Source: Candidatus Peregrinibacteria bacterium UBA1369
Lineage (GTDB): Bacteria > Patescibacteriota > Gracilibacteria > UBA1369
NCBI GenBank assembly: GCA_002305925.1
Contig: DBRL01000013.1
Coordinates: forward strand, 54,540 to 118,539
Length of the DNA: 64,000 bases
Direction of reading: 5' to 3'
The position numbers and the translations under genes were made by a program. Below, piece after piece: positions 59,436 to 64,000 of the stretch. The notes under the pieces are model-generated. The model worked only from the letters and a program-made list of their open reading frames with translations, searched no databases and was not told where the DNA came from. How positions within the stretch are numbered: position 1 is the first letter of the stretch; every line of letters begins with the position of its first letter.

Positions 59436-59972
59436 ATGGACCACCACACAAGCGACATGCTCTTCCCCCTGATGCTTTTGGGAGATTACGTCAGAGCAGG
59501 CATCCGGCTGTCATCGAAACACCCGCTCATCAAAAGGCTGGGCGTTTGCCTGGCCAACACAAAACTGATCGGGCTGCATATCAACGAAGCGGCTCAACGA
59601 CAGGAAGTCCTGAGGAACAGCTTCAAACAGAGCCGGGAGAAACAATCAATTTTCCCGGAGACCCTACCCGGCTACTGCCGGCTTCACTCGGTACTGCACG
59701 GACTGATGGAATGGGAAAGGCGTTTCCCCAAAGCCTTTACCGAGACCCATTCACAAAAAGTCCAGGAGCTGACCAAGCTGGACCTCCAGACCATCGAATT
59801 GTTCGGCGAATGGGGTCTCTGTCTGGAACGTGCGGAAGAAATTCTGATCATGGCCGGACGGGGCCTGGTGAACATGGACATGAACTGTTTCCTCACCCTG
59901 CCCCAGGCAAGCTCTGCCCCCTACATTGAAATTATGCAGCTGCACCCACACAAGCGTTGCCTCGACGGCTGA
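59436..59972 (+). CDS. Orphan hypothetical protein (178 aa), SD-led
   Basis: GGAGG 9 nt before the ATG; own promoter and downstream hairpin. Confidence 0.6.
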   Translation: MDHHTSDMLFPLMLLGDYVRAGIRLSSKHPLIKRLGVCLANTKLIGLHINEAAQRQEVLRNSFKQSREKQSIFPETLPGYCRLHSVLHGLMEWERRFPKAFTETHSQKVQELTKLDLQTIELFGEWGLCLERAEEILIMAGRGLVNMDMNCFLTLPQASSAPYIEIMQLHPHKRCLDG

Positions 59973-59987
59973 ACCACCCGTCCTCCG

Positions 59988-60064
59988 ATTGCCTCCTTTT
60001 GCCGACAAAAAAAGCAAAAGGGGGCAATTCGACACGCCCCCTTCAACCAAACCGGCCAGCCGGT
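59988..60064. terminator. Hairpins between the orphan and the convergent ndk
   Basis: ATTGCCTCCTTTTGC..GCAAAAGGGGGCAAT and ACCGGC-CA-GCCGGT. Confidence 0.6.
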
Positions 60065-60085
60065 ATTTTCATTATGTACAATTGC

Positions 60086-60577
60086 TCAGGCATTCAGCTC
60101 CTCGGCCAGATAGACGTTTTCATATTCGCTCTTCAGATAGTCATGGATTTCATCCTCCTTGAAAAAACGCGGCACTTCCTTCATCGCCGTCTCCACGGAA
60201 TCGGAAGCATGTACTACATTGCAGGTCAGACTCATTGCGAAATCCCCACGGATTGAACCGGCCTCAGCCTCACGGGCCTTGGTAATGCCGACAATTTTTC
60301 TCACTGCCGCAATCACCTCCAACCCCTCCAGACAAACCGCCACCACGGGCGATTTCTGCATGAACTGACTCACTCCGGGGAAAAAAGGTTTTTCCGCCAG
60401 GTGAGCATAATGTTCGCGCAGTTTTGCCTCATCCAAAGTCATCATCTTGACCCCAACCACTTTCAGCCCTTTCTGTTCAAAACGCTTAAACACCTCCCCG
60501 ATCAGACCTCTTTGTATTCCGTCGGGCTTGATCAGCACCAGCGTCTTTTCACGAATTCCGGCAAAATTCATTGGCAT
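60086..60577 (-). CDS. ndk: Nucleoside diphosphate kinase
   Basis: EKTLVLIKPDG, GSIRGDF, NVVHASDS. Confidence 0.97.
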   Translation of the reverse strand: MPMNFAGIREKTLVLIKPDGIQRGLIGEVFKRFEQKGLKVVGVKMMTLDEAKLREHYAHLAEKPFFPGVSQFMQKSPVVAVCLEGLEVIAAVRKIVGITKAREAEAGSIRGDFAMSLTCNVVHASDSVETAMKEVPRFFKEDEIHDYLKSEYENVYLAEELNA

Positions 60578-60643
60578 AATGATATAGATTAATGAATAAA
60601 TTTTTCGCGCGAATTATAATCAAAGCCCGCCCGGCTGTCATCC

Positions 60644-61795
60644 TCATTTCAGGTTGACCCCCACCGCTTCGGAAACATGTTTGTAACCGTCTTTTTTCAG
60701 CAGACGCTCCAAACCAAGATTGATCTCACTGATCAGCGACGGTCCCTGAAAAATCATGCCGGTGATCAATTGCACCAGGCTGGCACCGTTTTTAATCTTT
60801 TCATAAGCATCTTCGGCGCTGAAAATCCCTCCCACTCCGATGATCGCCTTTTTGCCACCGGTTTTCAGATAGACATGACGAATCAAATCGTCCGCCAAAT
60901 GCTGCACCACTTTGCCGCTGATCCCACCAACCTCGGGAAAATCTTTTTCCACTATTTTATGATTCTCCCGCTTCTTGGTCAGATTGCTGCAGACATAACC
61001 ATCGACACGATGTTTCGAGCAAACTTCCAAAATATCATCAATTTCAGACACCTGGAGATCGGGCGACATTTTGATAAATACAGGTCTTCCCTCTTGATAG
61101 AGTTGATCCAGCTCTTTCAGCAGCAGATCCAGACTCTTGCGATCAGTAAAAGGCTGACCGCCAAAGGCATTGGGGCAACTGATATTGACGGTAATATAGT
61201 CGGCATAGGGACGCACCTCCCGATAGGCCTTGGCATAATCCATGACTCCCTTGGTACAATCGACGGTTTCGGCACAGTTGGTTTTGGCCACGCTGACACC
61301 ATTTACAAAATGTCTGGCCAATTTCCAGCGCCGCTGCCGGGGAAATTCCCTGCCCATTCTTTTGGCCAGCACTTCAGCCCCATCGTTTTTCAGTCCATAA
61401 TAGACCAGCAACCCCTGCGACCTTTTCAACCGCCACAATCGCGGCTTGGCATTACCCTCACAGGGCTCACCGGTCACCGACCCATACTCGGCGAAACCGA
61501 AACCCAGAAAGGGCAGCACTGCGGAAAGCTCGGCGTTCTTGTCAAACCCCGCCGCCAGACCAACGGGACTGTCAAAGCGCAAACCGGCCACCTTCTGACT
61601 CAACATTGGACTGGAGGAGTAAAACATCGCTTTGATCAGCCAGCGTCCTGGTGCAAAACCACCGAGCAGCCTGCCGGTTCGCACCATGCGGTCGTGGATT
61701 TTCTCCGGATCCATCAGAAAAAACAATGGCTTGAGCAGGTGACGATAACCCCAGGAAAAGAAAGCGTCCCGCCCCCCGATAATCAATTTTTTCAT
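60644..61795 (-). CDS. pyrD: Dihydroorotate dehydrogenase, class 2-like
   Basis: PEKIH, GLAAGFDKN, GNAKPRLWRL, VNISCPN, KMSPD, GGISG, IIGVGGI, GASLVQL. Confidence 0.9.
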   Translation of the reverse strand: MKKLIIGGRDAFFSWGYRHLLKPLFFLMDPEKIHDRMVRTGRLLGGFAPGRWLIKAMFYSSSPMLSQKVAGLRFDSPVGLAAGFDKNAELSAVLPFLGFGFAEYGSVTGEPCEGNAKPRLWRLKRSQGLLVYYGLKNDGAEVLAKRMGREFPRQRRWKLARHFVNGVSVAKTNCAETVDCTKGVMDYAKAYREVRPYADYITVNISCPNAFGGQPFTDRKSLDLLLKELDQLYQEGRPVFIKMSPDLQVSEIDDILEVCSKHRVDGYVCSNLTKKRENHKIVEKDFPEVGGISGKVVQHLADDLIRHVYLKTGGKKAIIGVGGIFSAEDAYEKIKNGASLVQLITGMIFQGPSLISEINLGLERLLKKDGYKHVSEAVGVNLK

Positions 61796-61821
61796 GGCAG
61801 AGTTATTAATGATGCACGATC

Positions 61822-63450
61822 CTACCCCACAGGCCCACCGGTCTCTTCCTGACAATTCAACTGACGAACCTCAGCATAATCATAAATCATCTGGGAAGGT
61901 TCATAATTGCCAAAAGACATTGTCCGCGCCGTCAGATCAAAAACAGCAAATCCTCTGCCATTTCCGCCCTCCATGGAGGTCAGCACGGGATCAGCGCACA
62001 TGTCTTCGGCCGAATCAATATCCTTGAAAGCCAAAACCAGACTACCGGAAATCCCCTCACCATCCGGCAGCCAGGCCACCAGACTGGCCTGCGGCAAATA
62101 ATTTCCGATTGCGCCAAGCTGATCAAATTCCCCGGCCAGATAAGTTGCCTTCCACAATTCGCGCGGTTGGCAAGTCCCCACCGTAGGACAGACATAAATC
62201 CGCAACGTGACGGCGGAAAGATCGTCCTCGTAATCGGAGGTCAGAAAATACTCCTGGTCTCCCACATAGTTGATCAGAACCCCCCATTCCATCACCTCCG
62301 CTGCAGATATAACCTGATCGACGTCCTCATAACGCCACCATTCACCGGGTGCCAGCGGGGCGGGATTTTCCATCGGCTCACCACCATACACATCGCCATC
62401 CTCGTCGGCCCACTCTTCCCCCCCTTCATGTCCGGTGAAATACCAGTCCATGATGTCAATATCCCTGACCGTCTCCCCCACCTTCACCGGTAGGCTGACC
62501 AGCTCATGAGAAGTACAATTCTCAACATCCATACCACAGACGACAAATTCAGTATAACCGCCGAAACTGCTGCCGACATAGGCCATCACATTATAGGAAC
62601 CAGCCGGTACCGGCAATTTGTAGCCCACGCCATAGAGATAATTCTTCGACTGAATCTGCTGATAAGTACAATATTGGGCGCCGCTGTTGGATTCGGTGGC
62701 GCAAACCAGCATATTTTGCGGAATAAATTCACTGGGATAGCTGAGACTCCCCTCCAGATAGCCCTTGGAAACGGCCAAACCGGCATAGGTCTGATAGGCT
62801 CCGTAATTATTGCCATCGCCCAGACGATAAATCATTTCCGCCATTTCGCCGCGGGAGATTTTCTGGTCAAAACTGTTGATCGTGTTTGGAATCGCTTTCT
62901 TGGCACTTAGCACATCGACATAAGGCTTATACCATTCTTTCGCATCGGGACCGGCAGTCTGATAGCCCATGGCGTTGACGATGATTTTCGCCGCCTCTGC
63001 GAAATTAATCTCCTGGGCAGGCTTAAAAGTACCATCCGGGTAACCATCGATGATCATGGCGACCTTGGCCTCGCGCAGATAGGGCACATACCAGGCACCG
63101 TTCTCCACATCAGAAAAAGGCACGCCAATCAAACTGTAAATGTCATAACCGCTTGGATCTTGGGCGGGATTATACCCTTCACCGGTAGAACCGATGATTA
63201 TTTTGGTGAATTCGGCACGGTTGATGGTCTGATAGGGGCGATAGGTGCCATCCGGATAACCGGAAATAATGCCCTTGTCCTTCAGATAACTAAGGGCGGC
63301 AAAAAAACCGTCCTCCTCACCCACATCGGCAAAAACCATTCCATCGTCCGGCCATGACTGTACCGTTTCATTGGCTCCGGCCACATTGCCGAAAGACATG
63401 GTGAACAGCATGAAGACGAATAACAACCTGGCAAAAAACATTTTCCACAT
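61822..63450 (-). CDS. Secreted protein with N-terminal SLH domains and acidic, Cys-containing C-terminal domains
   Basis: Signal peptide; GIISGYPDGTYRPYQTINRAE, GYPDGTFKPAQEINFAE, ISRGE. Confidence 0.87.
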   Translation of the reverse strand: MWKMFFARLLFVFMLFTMSFGNVAGANETVQSWPDDGMVFADVGEEDGFFAALSYLKDKGIISGYPDGTYRPYQTINRAEFTKIIIGSTGEGYNPAQDPSGYDIYSLIGVPFSDVENGAWYVPYLREAKVAMIIDGYPDGTFKPAQEINFAEAAKIIVNAMGYQTAGPDAKEWYKPYVDVLSAKKAIPNTINSFDQKISRGEMAEMIYRLGDGNNYGAYQTYAGLAVSKGYLEGSLSYPSEFIPQNMLVCATESNSGAQYCTYQQIQSKNYLYGVGYKLPVPAGSYNVMAYVGSSFGGYTEFVVCGMDVENCTSHELVSLPVKVGETVRDIDIMDWYFTGHEGGEEWADEDGDVYGGEPMENPAPLAPGEWWRYEDVDQVISAAEVMEWGVLINYVGDQEYFLTSDYEDDLSAVTLRIYVCPTVGTCQPRELWKATYLAGEFDQLGAIGNYLPQASLVAWLPDGEGISGSLVLAFKDIDSAEDMCADPVLTSMEGGNGRGFAVFDLTARTMSFGNYEPSQMIYDYAEVRQLNCQEETGGPVG

Positions 63451-63478
63451 ATACGAAAGAAATTAAAGATTAATAAAT

Positions 63479-64000
63479 TTAATTTTTTATTATTTTGTCA
63501 AAGCGGGCACTGTCCTCATAAGGCCCGATCACCGCCAGCCGCAAAGCATCAAGTTTAAAAAGCTCATTGGCCACGCGGTTCAGCTGGGACAATTTTACCG
63601 CCGCAATGCCCTGACGCAAATCTTCCAGGGCCACCAGCCGGTCCTGCAGCAGCTCATATTTCCCGATCAGATGGGCATATTCCTCCGAATCCTCCAGCCG
63701 CAGCACAATTTTGCCGGACAGAAAGGCCTGGGCTTTTTTCAGCTCCTCGGCACTAAACCCCTTCGCCGCGGCCAGATGATATTGTTCTATGATTGAACGC
63801 AGAGCCTGGTCAATTTTCCCGACCGAAACACCGGCATTGGTGCTGATCGTTCCGACGTCCTGATATTCATCGGTAGCCGTATGTATATAGTATGCCAACC
63901 CCTGTTGCTCCCGAACGGAAAGAAACATTCTCGAACTCATGTTGCCACCCATAATCACGGCCAAAAGCCGCGCGGCGAAATAGTCCGGTGAGCCGGCGGA
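63479..64000 (-). CDS. M16 (pitrilysin-like) peptidase, C-terminal part (truncated by window end)
   Basis: GGNMSSRMFLSVREQQGLAYY, EELKKA, LAVIGP; frame open to 64000. Confidence 0.88.
   Translation of the reverse strand, partial: SAGSPDYFAARLLAVIMGGNMSSRMFLSVREQQGLAYYIHTATDEYQDVGTISTNAGVSVGKIDQALRSIIEQYHLAAAKGFSAEELKKAQAFLSGKIVLRLEDSEEYAHLIGKYELLQDRLVALEDLRQGIAAVKLSQLNRVANELFKLDALRLAVIGPYEDSARFDKIIKN

Noticed and set aside
60677..61852. 391-aa + strand ORF antisense to pyrD
   Set aside because: Coincides with pyrD, which has all the family motifs; no recognisable features of its own.
1..64000. Genetic code 25 (TGA=Gly) as in Gracilibacteria/Absconditabacteria
   Set aside because: Conserved genes are full length under code 11, and several end at TGA at the expected position (P-ATPase, YbhB, ndk, pyrD).

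Overview
Bacterial genomic window, most consistent with a Patescibacteria/CPR genome of the Peregrinibacteria type. Supporting signs: rpmD/L30 is missing, there are several SLH-domain surface proteins and a tRNA-Arg(GCG), ribosomal genes lack Shine-Dalgarno (SD) sites, and TGA is a stop codon (code 11). Positions 1-18.8 kb hold an uninterrupted fusA-tuf-S10-spc-alpha-rplM-rpsI superoperon. The rest mixes housekeeping and accessory genes: trmD, a Ca2+-type P-ATPase, rsmA, HrpA-like helicase, eukaryote-type hexokinase, exonuclease-DinG, lemA/DUF2207, uvrB, class II photolyase, an ABC exporter, rpe/rpiB, split degenerate transketolase halves, lepB, ndk, pyrD and an M16 peptidase. The most unusual element is a GC-rich cassette at about 42.43-46.55 kb encoding a 1173-aa myxobacterial-type Cys-repeat lipoprotein. 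Its 5' leader has a boxB/boxA-like site, hairpins followed by CAACCA(A/G)G linkers, a near-perfect SD and a 47-codon uORF. Its roughly 300-nt 3' trailer is almost fully structured, with three consecutive CGCAG-loop hairpins. An orphan gene at 59.4 kb has a similar leader. All calls come from reading the sequence by eye; no searches or folding were run.
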